A DNA stretch of 64,000 nucleotides from Eledone cirrhosa. Its lineage: Eukaryota. Made by a program: the position numbers and the translations under genes. The DNA is taken from contig OZ024756.1 in assembly GCA_964016885.1 (NCBI GenBank), positions 10,850,001-10,914,000 of the forward strand, in the 5' to 3' direction. Position 1 is the first letter of the stretch. Every line of letters begins with the position of its first letter. The notes below the pieces were generated by a model, which saw only the letters and a list, made by a program, of their open reading frames with translations, had not been told where the DNA came from and searched no databases. Below are positions 1 through 14,424 of this stretch, piece after piece.

Positions 1-477
1 CGTATTTCCCGCACACCTGTTTCGTCGCTGTCGTCGTCGTCGTGGAGAAACCTTGCACGCTTTGCACGAGACTTTTCTTTTCTTTCGTCACTTGCGAAAG
101 AGAAGGGAGGGAGAGAGACACATTTAAAGAAGGGAGGGAGAGAGACAATCTTCTCTCTGCTGTAGTGATGATTGAGGAAGAAGAAGACGGAATGAGTGGG
201 AGTGACGTATGAAATTTCTTTTTCGTAGCCATGTTGTTTTTTGTTTAAAATGAAATTTTGGGTACAAAACCCCAATAACTGGTTATTTAACCCCGAAGGG
301 CCAAATAACGGACAGAAAGACCCCTCTCACGAGGAGGAGGGTGTCTTTATCAACAATTTGGTTCAAGTTTTAAACAATTTACAATTGTTTTAACGGTTAA
401 AAATTACTATACTTACAGAGCCGAGCCTCCGTCAACCATGGCATTCAATAATAATAATAATAATAATAACAATAATA

Positions 478-3400
478 GAAAAACTAAAACTTAAAAAACA
501 AAAACTAAGTCAGACATTCGAACACTACATTACAATGAAACTTATGCTTATTCGTTTTTGGGGCCCTTTCTGCCTGTGTGTTTGTTTATGTGTGTTCGTA
601 TACAGCGTGGTGATAATGCCACACAAGGGCCAAGTGGGATGGCGGATCCACAGATGGCTATGTAACCATACATTCGCCAATCCTCGATAAGAGTGTTTAA
701 ATATCGAACATAAACAGTTCGAATAACGGTGAAATGGAGACTAGAACGTCATGTGACAGACTCTCACCCAACAGGTGCCCCCTGGCTCAGCAGCAGGAAC
801 CTGTCAACCAAATACTGCTGATGTTGGAGGAAGAAGAAGAAGGAAAGGGGCCAGAACCAACTGGACGAAAGAATTGAATAGAACTGTTATGCAATGCTAC
901 CTGAAAAGTAACCCCAAGGAGAGGGGCTACAGGAGACGGACGCATAACATCTGGAACGAGATTGGTTTATTTAAATTAGATGAACAAAAATTGGCCGGGC
1001 AGGCTCGGGTAATAAGAACTAATGGGTGGATAAGCGAGCTGGAACTGGAGGAACTGAGCAGAGAGAATGGCTTGGAGATGGCGGGTGTAGTATGCCAGAC
1101 AAGCGAGCCAGTGGGAAATGAAGGTGAAGAGGTCCTGAGAACGGAGGAACCACCCGAAACAGACAATGATCTGAATACTGAGATAAATAATACCTGGAAC
1201 AGAGATACGGCCACTGAGGAGATGAATGCTGACGGGCTAGGACAAGATTCGGTTGACATCCTAAATTTAGTGGTAGATGAATTGAACAATGATAGTGGGA
1301 GACCTATGAACCTAAGATTTGTAGACAGGAAAAAGTTAAAAGAAACAACAGCTAAGGTAAACAAAGTCATCCCATACCTTGAGGCGAGGAGCCTTCACCA
1401 GTGCAACAATATCCTCAAAGCAACAGCAAATACGGTGAGGAAACTACTTGGTATAAAAGCGAGAGGAAACAACAGACAAGAAAGAGCAGAGCCGTGGTGG
1501 AAGAAGCGACTGAGTGGGCAAATCGGGGAAATGAGAAATGACATAGGAAAGCTTGAGTCACTACTGAATGGGACACTAAAAAACATAGGCACTAAAAATA
1601 GACTGGAAATAAAATACAAAACTAGGAGTAAAAAGCTAAATATTATCATAGAGGAACTGAAGCAACGCATTGTAGCAAAGAGTGCAAAAATCAGGCGATA
1701 CGAGAACAGAGTCAGTCAGTATAAACAGAACCGCATGTTCGACAACAACCAGAAGATGCTGTTTGGACAGCTTGAGGGGAAAGAAAGAGGCAACGACTTG
1801 ATCCCTGGGGTGGAACAAACTAAAACATTCTGGAGAGGAATATGGGAGCAGGATGTCAGACATAATGCCCAGGCAGGGTGGATTGAGACAGTACAGAGGG
1901 AGATCGGTGAGCAGGCACAACAACAAACTGATTTGAGTATCACAGTTGAAACTCTTAAGGGGCAGGCCAAAAAACTAACCAACTGGAAATCACCAGGCCC
2001 AGATGGTGTGCAGGGGTATTGGATTAAACATTTAACATCCCTCCACCCGAAGCTGACGGCCATGTTCAATGACTGCTTGGTGTCGGGTGAGGTGCCAGAT
2101 TGGTTGACAAAAGGTACCACAGTTCTGATAATGAAAGACCGAATCAAGGGTAATGATGTTACCAACTATAGACCTATCACATGTCTGTCCGTAGTGTGGA
2201 AACTGTTGACGAGCATTGTGTCTGAGGAAATCTACCATCACCTCCACACAAACAACTTGTTACCGGACGAACAGAAAGGATGCCGAAAGAAGTCACGTGG
2301 TACAAAGGACCAGTTACTTATTGATAAGATGGTAATGGGGAATTGCAGGAGGAGACACACTGATCTTGCCATGGGATGGATAGACTACAGAAAGGCATTT
2401 GACATGGTGCCTCATTCTTGGATCACCAAAAGCCTGGAGATCTTCAGGGTGGCAGATAACATCAGACAGTTGCTGGGCAGGAGTATGGGATCCTGGGAGA
2501 CAGAGTTGACATCAACTGGAGTATCCTTGGGAAGCGTGAAGATCAAGAGAGGTATCTTCCAGGGAGATAGCCTGTCCCCTCTGTTGTTTGTCCTTGCCTT
2601 AATGCCCTTGACCATTATGCTGCGAAAAGTGAGAGCAGGATACAAGTTGGGAAGGGGAGAGCTTACCATCAATCACCTCCTCTTCGTGGACGATCTTAAG
2701 CTCTTCGGGAAAAGTGAGAAGGAGTTGGATGTGCTTGTTGACACTGTCCGTATTTTCAGCAGTGATATATGTATGCAGTTTGGTATTGGTAAATGTGGAG
2801 TCATTGTGATGAGGAGGGGTAGGTTGAGCAGAAGTAGCGGGATCCAGATACCAACAGGTGAGATGATAAAGGAAATTGACTCTGAGGAAGGATACAAGTA
2901 TTTGGGCGTTCTGGAGGCTGATGGCATAAAGAACAAAAAAATGAAGGAATTGTTAAGAACTGAATACATTCGGAGAGTAAGGAGCGTATTGAAGTCACAT
3001 CTGAACAGCAGAAATGCCATAAGCGCAGTAAATTCCCGAGCTGTGTCTATTATTAGGTACAGTGCGGGAATTCTGAGATGGAATGTTACTGAACAAAAAG
3101 AAATGGATAGGAAGACTAGGAAGCTATTGACTATCTACAACATGTTCCACAAGAGGAGTGATGTCGATAGACTCTACCTAAGGAGATCTGAGGGTGGAAG
3201 AGGTCTTATCAGCATAGAGGACTGTGTTCAGATGGAGAAAAACAACCTATCCAAATACGTGACCTATAGTAAGGAGCCAATGCTCAAAACTGTACTGAAG
3301 GAGGGGACAGTAGGCCAGGGGATGTCCAAGGAGGAAATAACATCAAGGAGGAAGAGCAGCCTTAAGGGAAAATCCTTGCATAGTACCTTCTTTGAGAAAA

Positions 3401-4175
3401 CTGAATTTAGAGATCCACAGACATGGAACTGGTTGAGAAGAGGAGACCTCAAAAAGGCTACAGAAGGAATGATAATGGCTGCGCAGGAGCAGGCCCTCTA
3501 AACGAAGTGGTTGAAGCACCATATTTACAAGGAGGAGGCTAGCCCACTGTGCAGGATCTGTGGAGAGAGAGAGAGGAGACTGTGGCTCACATTGTGAGCC
3601 ACTATAAGGGCTGGAGACACGATGTGATGGGCAGGGTGATCCACTGGCACCTGTGCAAAGTAAACAATTTACCACATTCTGAGAAATGGTATGAGCATAG
3701 GCCGGAGGCGGTGATGGAGAACAATCAGGTGAAGGTGCTGTGGGATTTTAGGATACAGACGGACAAAAAACTGGAACACAATAGACCTGACCTGGTGGTT
3801 GTGGACAAGGAAAAAAGATCGTGTCTGATTGTGGATGTGGCCTGCCCGTTCGACACGAGAGTGCAAGAGAAGGAGAGGGAGAAAATTAACCGATACCAGG
3901 ACCTAAAGTGGGAGGTGAAAAGGATTTGGAACTGCCATGAAGTCAAAGTGATCCCGATTGTCATAGGCGCACTGGGGACTATCTCCAAAAGTTTCCAGGG
4001 ATGGTTAAAGAAAATCGGCCCCTTCACGCTTTTTGGAACTCTTCAAAAGGCATGCTTGCTTGGAACAGCAAGAACCCTCTGATACGTCCTGAATATCTGA
4101 GGCTGCAGGTAGTGGCTTGATATTCATTCCAACGGACTTTCCAGTTAACCAACATCAATGACTGAGATTCAAGGA
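478..4175 (+). mobile_element. Near full-length RLE-type non-LTR retrotransposon (Dong/R4-like), inactivated, inserted in (TAA)n
   Basis: RT motifs (KSPGPDG, YRPITCL, DYRKAFD, GIFQGDSLSPLLF, LLFVDD), CCHC knuckle region, RHD and PD..D RLE motif (HNRPDLVVVDKEKRSCLIVDVACP). TAA repeats at both ends (448-477, 4176-4218). 5' boundary approximate. Confidence 0.9.
775..4100 (+). pseudogene. Disrupted RT-RLE polyprotein of the Dong/R4-like element
   Basis: Premature TAA at 3499-3501, +2 frameshift in an AG run at ~3562-3581, 24-nt deletion removing the last Cys of the CCHC (versus the copy at 57930-57970), TGA for CGA at 4080-4082. Native stop 4098-4100. Confidence 0.88.
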
Positions 4176-4219
4176 ATAACAACAATAATAGTAATAATAA
4201 TAGTAATAATAATAATAAT

Positions 4220-4608
4220 AACAATAATAGTAATAATGATTTCTTTATTAACCACAAGGGTTTACATAAAGTAGACATTAAGGACAGTGCAGGACAATGG
4301 GCATTTCTGCGTGTAAAAAACAAAAACAGAGGATGTAACAAAAAATAACAATGAAAATAACAATGAAAAATTCCCCAATAGGGGGGAGACTTCGGAGGGA
4401 CATTTGTGGAGAAAGCCCAGTAAAAAGCCACAATGACCCTGACCACCAAGGCAAGTGCCCTCTCCCAGTTTTCCACCTTTAATTTACAGATATATACTCA
4501 GAGTAGGCCATTCACTCGGGCCATTCTTGCTTCTCTCACCCATCTTTCAACAAAATGCTGGGAAGAGAGCACTTCCCTCTCTACCCTAATTTTCCTTTTC
4601 AAATGAAA
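4220..4608 (-). mobile_element. 5'-truncated Tx1/L1-like element, (TAT)n-tailed subfamily
   Basis: Minus strand reads LKRKIRVEREVL..FVERWVREARMARVNG, homologous to the C-terminus of ORF 48204-51665. 3' UTR ends CCCTTGTGGTTAATAAAGAAA followed by (TAT)n. Confidence 0.8.
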
Positions 4609-4679
4609 TTAGTAATAATAATATTAGTAATAATAATATTAGTAATAATAATATTAGTAATAATAATATTAGTAATAAT

Positions 4680-5075
4680 AATTGTTTCTACTTTATGGCA
4701 CAAGGCCAGCAATAACCCCAGTGTATTACTGGTACTTTAATTTATCGACCCTGCAAGGATGAAAGGCAAAGTTAACCTTGGTGGGATTTGAACTCAGGGC
4801 GTAAAGGGCCGTAACTCTATGCGTCAAAGCATGGCGTTCTAATAATAATAATGATGAGATGGTGTTGATAATAATAATAATTGTTTCTACTTTTTGGCAC
4901 AAGGCCAGCAATTACCCCAGTGCATTACTGGTACTTTATTTTATCGACCCCCCCCCCCCGTAAGGATGAAAGGCAAAGTCAACCTCGGCGGGATTTGAAC
5001 TCAGATCGTAAAGGGACGTAACTCTATGCTTCAAATCATGGCGTCCGACCCTCTACCGATACTGCCAATCCACCG
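4680..5075 (-). mobile_element. Two copies of tRNA-derived SINE family A (Meta-like central domain): ~4680-4840 partial, ~4880-5075 full
   Basis: A-box TGGCAGTATCGG, B-box GAGTTCAAATC, core CTTTGCCTTTCATCCTTACGGGGTCGATAAAATAAAGTACC, 3' end GGCCTTGTGCCAAAAGTAGAAAC+(ATT)n. About a dozen copies in the window. Confidence 0.85.
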
Positions 5076-5289
5076 TGTTGATAATAATAATAGGATAACA
5101 ACAACAACAACAACAATAATAATAATAGTAATACTGGTAACAATGAAGATAATATTAATAATAAAAATATAACTTAATAATAATAATAATAATAATAATA
5201 ATATTTCTTTGATGATGACAACAACAAGAATGTTAATTTCATTTATTTGGCTCAAGGGTAGCAGATGGAGGGGACGTTAGTAATGGAAT

Positions 5290-5810
5290 AAGATTGATGA
5301 CAATGACAACAACAACTACAGCAACAACCACAGCAACAACAACAACAACCACCACCACCACAACAACTATGACAACAACAACAACCACTACAACAACAGC
5401 AACAACAACAACTATAACAACCACAACCACTATAACAACCACAACAGCCACAACAACCACAACAATAACAACAACAGCCACCACAACAACAACAACCACA
5501 ACAACCACAACAACAACAACAACCCCCACAACAACCACAACAATAACAACCACCACGACAACAACAACAACAACAACAACAACAACCACTACAACAATAA
5601 CAACAACCACCACAACAACAACAACAACCACAACAATAACAACAACCACAACAATAACAACCACCACTACAACAACAACAACAACAACAACAACAAGAAC
5701 AACCACCACCACAACAACAGCAACAACAATAACAGCAACAACCACAGCGATAATGTTTCATTTATTTATTTATTATTGAATAACAAACAACAACAACAAC
5801 AACAACAACA
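5290..5810. repeat. (CAA/ACA)n compound microsatellite
   Basis: Direct inspection. It explains the poly-T/V/C ORFs. Confidence 0.95.
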
Positions 5811-5984
5811 GTGAACTATCTTAGATAATAAGTCTGCTATTGATTTCTGACAATAAAATTCTATGATACAAGATTGGTTAAATTTTTCCAATTTGAAATG
5901 TGATAAAATCCATCTTGGATTTCAACTGGTTTTGTTGGGGTGAACAGTCAGATTGTCTACACATGTAGTAATGTAAGGATTATA

Positions 5985-8900
5985 GTGGAGAGGGAGGGGT
6001 GGGGGGGGGGCAGTGGGGTAGTGATTGTGGCGGCCGCGGTGGTGGTGGTTGAATGGGGGGGGGTGGTGGTGGTGGTGATGGTGGTAGAGTGGTTGGGAGG
6101 AGGGGGGGGGGTGATAGGGTAGTGATTGTAGCAGTGATGGTGGTGGTGGTGTGGTGGAAGGGGTTGATAGGGTAGTGAGTGTGGCAGTGATGGTGGTTGA
6201 ATGATGGTGGTGGTGGTGGTGGTGGTGTGGTGGAAGGGGGTGATAGGGTAGTGAGTGTGGCAGTGATGGTGGTTGAATGGTGGTGGTGGTAGTGGTGATG
6301 GTGGTAGGGTGGAGGGGGCAGTGGGGTAGTGATTGTGGCGGCGGCGGTGGTGGTGGTGGTTGAATGGTGGTGGTGGTGCTGATGGTGGTAGAGTGGTTGG
6401 GAGTAGGGGGGTGGATAGGGTAGTGATTGTAGCAGTGATGGTGGTTGAATGGTGGTGGTGGTAGTGGTGATGGTGGTAGGGTGGAGGGGCGGGGTGGTAT
6501 GGTAGTGATGGTGGTTGAATGGTGGTGGTGGTGGTGGTGATGGTGGTAGGGTGGAGGGGCGGGGTGGTATGGTAGTGATGGTGTTTGAATGGTGGTGGTG
6601 GTGATGGTGGTAGGGTGGAGGGGCGGGGTGGTATGGTAGTGATGGTGGTTGAATGGTGGTGGTGGTAGTGGTGATGGTGGAGGGGCGGGGTGGTATGGTA
6701 GTGATGGTGTTTGAATGGTGGTGGTGGTAGTGGTGATGGTGGAGGGGCGGGTGGTATGGTAGTGATGGTGGTTGAATGGTGGTGGTGGTAGTGGTGATGG
6801 TGGAGGGGCGGGTGGTATGGTAGTGATGGTGGTTGAATGGTGGTGGTGGTAGTGGTGATGGTGGAGGGGCGGGGTGGTATGGTAGTGATGGTGGTTGAAT
6901 GGTGGTGGTGGTAGTGGTGATGGTGGAGGGGCGGGGTGGTATGGTAGTGATGGTGGTTGAATGGTGGTGGTGGTAGTGGTGATGGTGGAGGGGCGGGTGG
7001 TATGGTAGTGATGGTGGTTGAATGGTGGTGGTGGTAGTGGTGATGGTGGAGGGGCGGGGTGGTATGGTAGTGATGGTGGTTGAATGGTGGTGGTGGTAGT
7101 GGTGATGGTGGAGGGGCGGGTGGTATGGTAGTGATGGTGGTTGAATGGTGGTGGTGGTAGTGGTGATGGTGGAGGGGCGGGTGGTATGGTAGTGATGGTG
7201 GTTGAATGGTGGTGGTGGTAGTGGTGATGGTGGAGGGGCGGGTGGTATGGTAGTGATGGTGGTTGAATGGTGGTGGTGGTAGTGGTGATGGTGGAGGGGC
7301 GGGGTGGTATGGTAGTGATGGTGGTTGAATGGTGGTGGTGGTAGTGGTGATGGTGGTAGGGTGGAGGGGCGGGGTGGTATGGTAGTGATGGTGGTTGAAT
7401 GGTGGTGGTGGTGGTGGTGATGGTGGTAGGGTGGAGGGGCGGGGTGGTATGGTAGTGATGGTGGTTGAATGGTGGTGGTGGTAGTGGTGATGGTGGAGGG
7501 GCGGGGTGGTATGGTAGTGATGGTGGTGGTGGTGATGGTGGTAGGGTGGAGGGGCGAGGTGGTATGGTAGTGATGGTGGTTGAATGGTGGTGGTGGTGGT
7601 GGTGATGGTGGTAGGGTGGAGGGGCGAGGTGGTATGGTAGTGATGGTGGTTGAATGGTGGTGGTGGTAGTGGTGATGGTGGAGGGGCGGGGTGGTATGGT
7701 AGTGATGGTGGTTGAATGGTGGTGGTGGTAGTGGTGATGGTGGAGGGGCGGGTGGTATGGTAGTGATGGTGGTTGAATGGTGGTGGTGGTAGTGGTGATG
7801 GTGGAGGGGCGGGTGGTATGGTAGTGATGGTGGTTGAATGGTGGTGGTGGTAGTGGTGATGGTGGAGGGGCGGGTGGTATGGTAGTGATGGTGGTTGAAT
7901 GGTGGTGGTGGTAGTGGTGATGGTGGAGGGGCGGGGTGGTATGGTAGTGATGGTGGTTGAATGGTGGTGGTGGTAGTGGTGATGGTGGAGGGGCGGGTGG
8001 TATGGTAGTGATGGTGGTTGAATGGTGGTGGTGGTAGTGGTGATGGTGGAGGGGCGGGATGGTATGGTAGTGATGGTGGTTGAATGGTGGTGGTGGTAGT
8101 GGTGATGGTGGAGGGGCGGGTGGTATGGTAGTGATGGTGGTTGAATGGTGGTGGTGGTAGTGGTGATGGTGGAGGGGCGGGTGGTATGGTAGTGATGGTG
8201 GTTGAATGGTGGTGGTGGTAGTGGTGATGGTGGAGGGGCGGGTGGTATGGTAGTGATGGTGGTTGAATGGTGGTGGTGGTAGTGGTGATGGTGGAGGGGC
8301 GGGGTGGTATGGTAGTGATGGTGGTTGAATGGTGGTGGTGGTAGTGGTGATGGTGGTAGGGTGGAGGGGCGGGGTGGTATGGTAGTGATGGTGGTTGAAT
8401 GGTGGTGGTGGTGGTGGTGATGGTGGTAGGGTGGAGGGGCGGGGTGGTATGGTAGTGATGGTGGTTGAATGGTGGTGGTGGTAGTGGTGATGGTGGAGGG
8501 GCGGGTGGTATGGTAGTGATGGTGGTTGAATGGTGGTGGTGGTAGTGGTGATGGTGGAGGGGCGGGGTGGTATGGTAGTGATGGTGGTTGAATGGTGGTG
8601 GTGGTAGTGGTGATGGTGGTAGGGTGGAGGGGCGGGGTAGTATGGTAGTGATGGTGGTTGAATGGTGGTGGTGGTGGTGGTGATGGTGGTAGGGTGGAGG
8701 GGCGGGGTGGTATGGTAGTGATGGTGGTTGAATGGTGGTGGTGGTAGTGGTGATGGTGGAGGGGCGGGGTGGTATGGTAGTGATGGTGGTGGTGGTGATG
8801 GTGGTAGGGTGGAGGGGCGAGGTGGTATGGTAGTGATGGTGGTTGAATGGTGGTGGTGGTGGTGGTGATGGTGGTAGGGTGGAGGGGCGAGGTGGTATGG

Positions 8901-8990
8901 TAGTGATGGTGGTTGAATGGTGGTGGTGGTAGTGGTGATGGTGGAGGGGCGGGGTGGTATGGTAGTGATGGTGGTTGAATGGTGGTGGTA
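5985..8990. repeat. G-rich minisatellite, ~59-68-bp units (GGTGGTATGGTAGTGATGGTGGTTGAATGGTGGTGGTGGTAGTGGTGATGGTGGAGGGGCG)
   Basis: Tandem units visible by eye. Extreme strand asymmetry (almost no C on +). Confidence 0.95.
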
Positions 8991-9183
8991 ATAAGTAATG
9001 GAAACTATGGCAGTTATATCAGAAGTTACTTTGATGTCTCTTTTTATTAATGTAACCAGAGTGTTGAGGGGAGGGGGAAAAAGCCCCCCTCCCCCCTCTC
9101 TCTCTATATATATATATATATTGACCCTGTGATAAACAGGCGAAACTCCAGCGTAACGAGACTCACTATCCTGCATTGATAAA

Positions 9184-10828
<1,645 letters not shown>

Positions 10829-10831
10829 CAA

Positions 10832-10978
10832 AGGAAATGTGGTAAGGAACCAGATGGACTATAACGCACCAGAGTACTCAATACTTAGGTCATACTTTTT
10901 CCTATTTCCCACTCTACTACCCTAAGTATTGAGTGCTCTGGTGCGTTATGGTCCATCTGGTTCCTTACCACATTTCCT
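10832..10978. repeat. Fold-back inverted repeat, 58-bp arms, 31-nt spacer, within (TA)n
   Basis: 10832-10889 is the reverse complement of 10921-10978 with 2 mismatches. Confidence 0.9.
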
Positions 10979-10979
10979 G

Positions 10980-11023
<44 letters not shown>

Positions 11024-11027
<4 letters not shown>

Positions 11028-13778
11028 TTGCGAGAATTTTGATATGAAATCGTGTGTCGAAACAAATATTGTTATACTTGGCGAGGGTCATATTTGTGTA
11101 ATATTGCCAGAATTAATAACAGAATACACTCACTGTTTGCTTGGTTTTCGCTTTTCGCTTCTGTGTCTTTTATATCGGTAATCTAATTTATTCGGTCCTC
11201 AATGTTGCCATTGACTGACCAACGGTCAAAAATAATACAGATACAATATAGACACAAACACATATATATAGTTTATCAAAGTTCTTTCGTTGCACATCTG
11301 CAACATCGTCAGTGGTGCTATTGTTTCCTCCCGTTACATTGTATTTTGTATTTTCTACACCATCTTTATTTAGTCTGTTTATATATTTATTTATTTGTTT
11401 ATTTTATTTTGTCTTCTTTGCGCATGCGTTTGCGTGTGTGTATAGTGTTTTGTTTGATGTGTGTTCGTGATTGGGTGACTGTGTATTGGTTAATGTATTC
11501 TATCTTTACTAGTGTGTGTTTATATGTGTTTGTTGTTATTGTGCTTGTGTATGTATTTATTTATTTATTTATCTATTTATTTATACTTCTCTTAGGTCAG
11601 TGTTGTTTGTTTGGGTGTTGTTGTTATTCCATACATTCTTTCTGTTTAGCCTTGGCCTTCTAAGTTCTATTTCACTGGCCTCTCTGATTTGCCTATCTGC
11701 TGAGTCATTTCTATGTTTAGATATTATTCTAATTTCTATGTTGTCTATGTTACCGTCGTGTTGTTGTCTGGCAAGTTCGTATAGTACTGATACGTTTTTT
11801 CGTCCTTTTAGACACTGTTTTCTGTTATATAAAAACTACAATAACAACAGAACAAATCCGCTTCTTAAAACACTGTGTTTCCTCCAAAATATACACAACA
11901 AACATATCAAAACAAGTAAATAATTTATTATTGAACAAAACACAAGCTGAACGACTAAAACACACAATAACAGTTTATATGAAAAGAACAACATACACAA
12001 AAGTCAACGAACTTTACAGACAGAAACGCATTAACGGTAAGGAAGTCCAAAATCTCACCACACCAAACGAAAGGGATGACTTCATGAGCGTCATTCGACG
12101 TGAAATGAAATACGCCCGAAACGAATGCAATAGGCATTTCAATAAGAAATTAGAATGGATGAATAAGAAAAAACTACAAGAAAGGAAAATAGAATATTCT
12201 CAAAAATACCCAGATAACATCAACAATATCCGTATGACTGATGTAAAACTACCGGAAGAATTTACCAATTACAACAGTAAATATTTATGGGAACACTTTA
12301 ATCAGTGAACAAGAACAACAAATCCTGCAGCTACCACCAAAATTTGCCATCTACAAAAAGATTAACCCTATTGAGTGCAAAACGGAGCTGGAAAAGTGTT
12401 TCACAAAAATACGTTGGAATGCAAAAGTAAACAACAACAATAATAACAGTAGTAGTAATATAAGCAATAACTCTGAATATAGAAATAACAGCTATAATAA
12501 TAATAGCCATAACAATAACAATAGCAGGAGAGTGAGAAATAGTAATAATGGTAATAATACTAACGATAGACAGAACAACAACAACAACCACAATAATAAT
12601 AATAATAGAAACATTAACTACAGACACAGCAGCAGCGACCACAGTAGTAATAACGGTAACAATACGAACAACAACAACAACAATCACAGTGGTAATAATG
12701 GAAATAATACATGTAGCAACATTAATGATAGACACAACAAAAACAAGAAACATAATATAAGTAACAACCACAATGGTAGAAATAACAGTAACAACAACAA
12801 TAGCGGTGGAGAAAACAACAATCACAGCAACAATACATCTAGCAATCATAACAACAATACATCTAACAATCACAGCAACAATACATCTAGCAATCATAAC
12901 AACAATACACCTAACAATCACAGCAACAATACATCTAGCAATCATAACAACAATACATATAACAATGACAGCAACAATACAACTAGCAATCATAACAACA
13001 ATACACCTAACAATCACAGCAACAATACATCTAGCAATCATAACAACAATACACCTAACAATCACAGCAACAATACATCTAGCAATCATAACAACAATAC
13101 GCCTAACAATCACAGCAACAATACATCTAGCAATCATAACAATAATAATAATGCTAATGATAGGAACAACAACAACCACCATAATAACAATAATAGCAAC
13201 ACACACAACTATGACAATAGATATAATGACAACCCCTTAGAGAAACTATTTTTCAACCCAGCTGACAAAACATATAAGATGGGTAATATCTATCCTACGA
13301 GGTTACCCTTTAATAAAAGAGTTTGCATACCACAACAAATAGATGACGAGACAGAGGCACAGTTCACCATAGCTAGAAATAAGATTAAACATATAGTAGA
13401 CCGGTATACTAAGAGACAGAGCAGACCAGAGGCCCAACAACTTGGGAGGAAACCTGTAGAAGGCTTGGTTAGCCTCAAGCAGCGCACAAGGGATGGTGAG
13501 GTAGTATGTCTACCCACGGATAAGTCTGGTAGGATGTCAATAGATAGCATGCCGAACTACATCAAGGCTATGCAACCCCACATCACCAACACGAGCGAAA
13601 TTGCACAGCAAACACATGATGGGAGAGAAAAAATCCTCAACGCTCACATGATGATGTGGACCGACATCCTAAAGACAAGCAGACGCACTGCCAACAACTT
13701 CCAGGCGTCTAACAATGGCATACCACCCTTGTATGGGCTCCGCAAAGACCACAAGACAGTCGACGACCCGACAACAGG
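11024..13778. mobile_element. Penelope-like element, head-to-head insertion: minus-strand 3' part (11024-~11810) plus plus-strand N-terminal/RT-proximal part (~11810-13778)
   Basis: 11024-11810 matches the GIY-YIG end and 3' UTR at 35225-36026. 13285-13778 matches 33985-34476 (NIYPTRLPFNKRV...LYGLRKDHK). Cut at 13778 by a Tx1-like fragment. Confidence 0.88.
11931..13778 (+). pseudogene. PLE ORF N-terminal region with in-frame Asn-rich repeat domain, frameshift near 12270, truncated before the RT core
   Basis: Frame open from 12301 (LQLPPKFAIYKKINPIECKTELEKCFTKIRW) through ~265 Asn-rich codons into PTDKSGR...PPLYGLRKDHK. Confidence 0.8.
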
Positions 13779-13780
13779 CT

Positions 13781-14330
13781 TCATTTATTGGCTACAAGGG
13801 TCAACATATAGGGGACACTACAAAGACAGCGGGAGTGGGGGTGAGGGTTCAAGGGCCAACATATAGGGGACACTACAAAGACAGGGGCAGTGGGGGTGAG
13901 GGTTCAAGGGTCAACATATAGGGGACACTACCAAGACAGGGGCAGTGGGGGTGAGGGTGCAATATAATTGAGTAAAAATACACAATAACAGAAACAATTA
14001 ACAATGAAAGAAATAAAAAAATAAAATATATAAAAATCTAATAAAATAAATTTCCCGATAGGGAGTGAACCACCCAAGGGTGACTCTGGTACCATACCAA
14101 TCCTGAACCACCCAACGCTTCGAGGGCACCCGGGAAGGGCAACCCTCTCCTCCTCAAGTTAACCAGCCTATTCTCGTCACATTCACCCACCTTTTAGCAA
14201 ATGTACTGGTGGTGGTGGGGGGGGGAGCACTTCTCTCTCCACCCTCACCTTCCTTTCCAAGTGAAATTTGAAGAAGTTGATGAGAGATTGGCTGAAGAGA
14301 AAAGTGTCCGTCTTCAGTCTTTTCATCCTG
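13781..14330 (-). mobile_element. 5'-truncated Tx1/L1-like element (third subfamily) with ~60-bp tandem repeats in its 3' UTR
   Basis: Peptide LKTDTFLFSQSLINFFKFHLERKVRVEREVL is homologous to the Tx1-like ORF2 C-terminus. 3' end CCCTTGTAGCCAATAAATGAA. Confidence 0.72.
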
Positions 14331-14424
14331 AAAGAATGTTTAGTTGTGTGAAAGACATTTGCAGTATTTGTTCTGAGTTCAAATCCCACCAAGGTCAACT
14401 TTACCTTTCATCTTTTTGGGATCA

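Noticed and set aside
600-700. HDV-like ribozyme in the Dong 5' UTR
   Set aside because: Some hairpin potential, but the nested double pseudoknot could not be built by eye.
5922-9176. 1084-aa Pro/His/Thr-rich ORF (extensin/mucin-like)
   Set aside because: It is a translation of a C/A-rich minisatellite strand poor in stop codons, and the frame cycles with 59/60-bp units.
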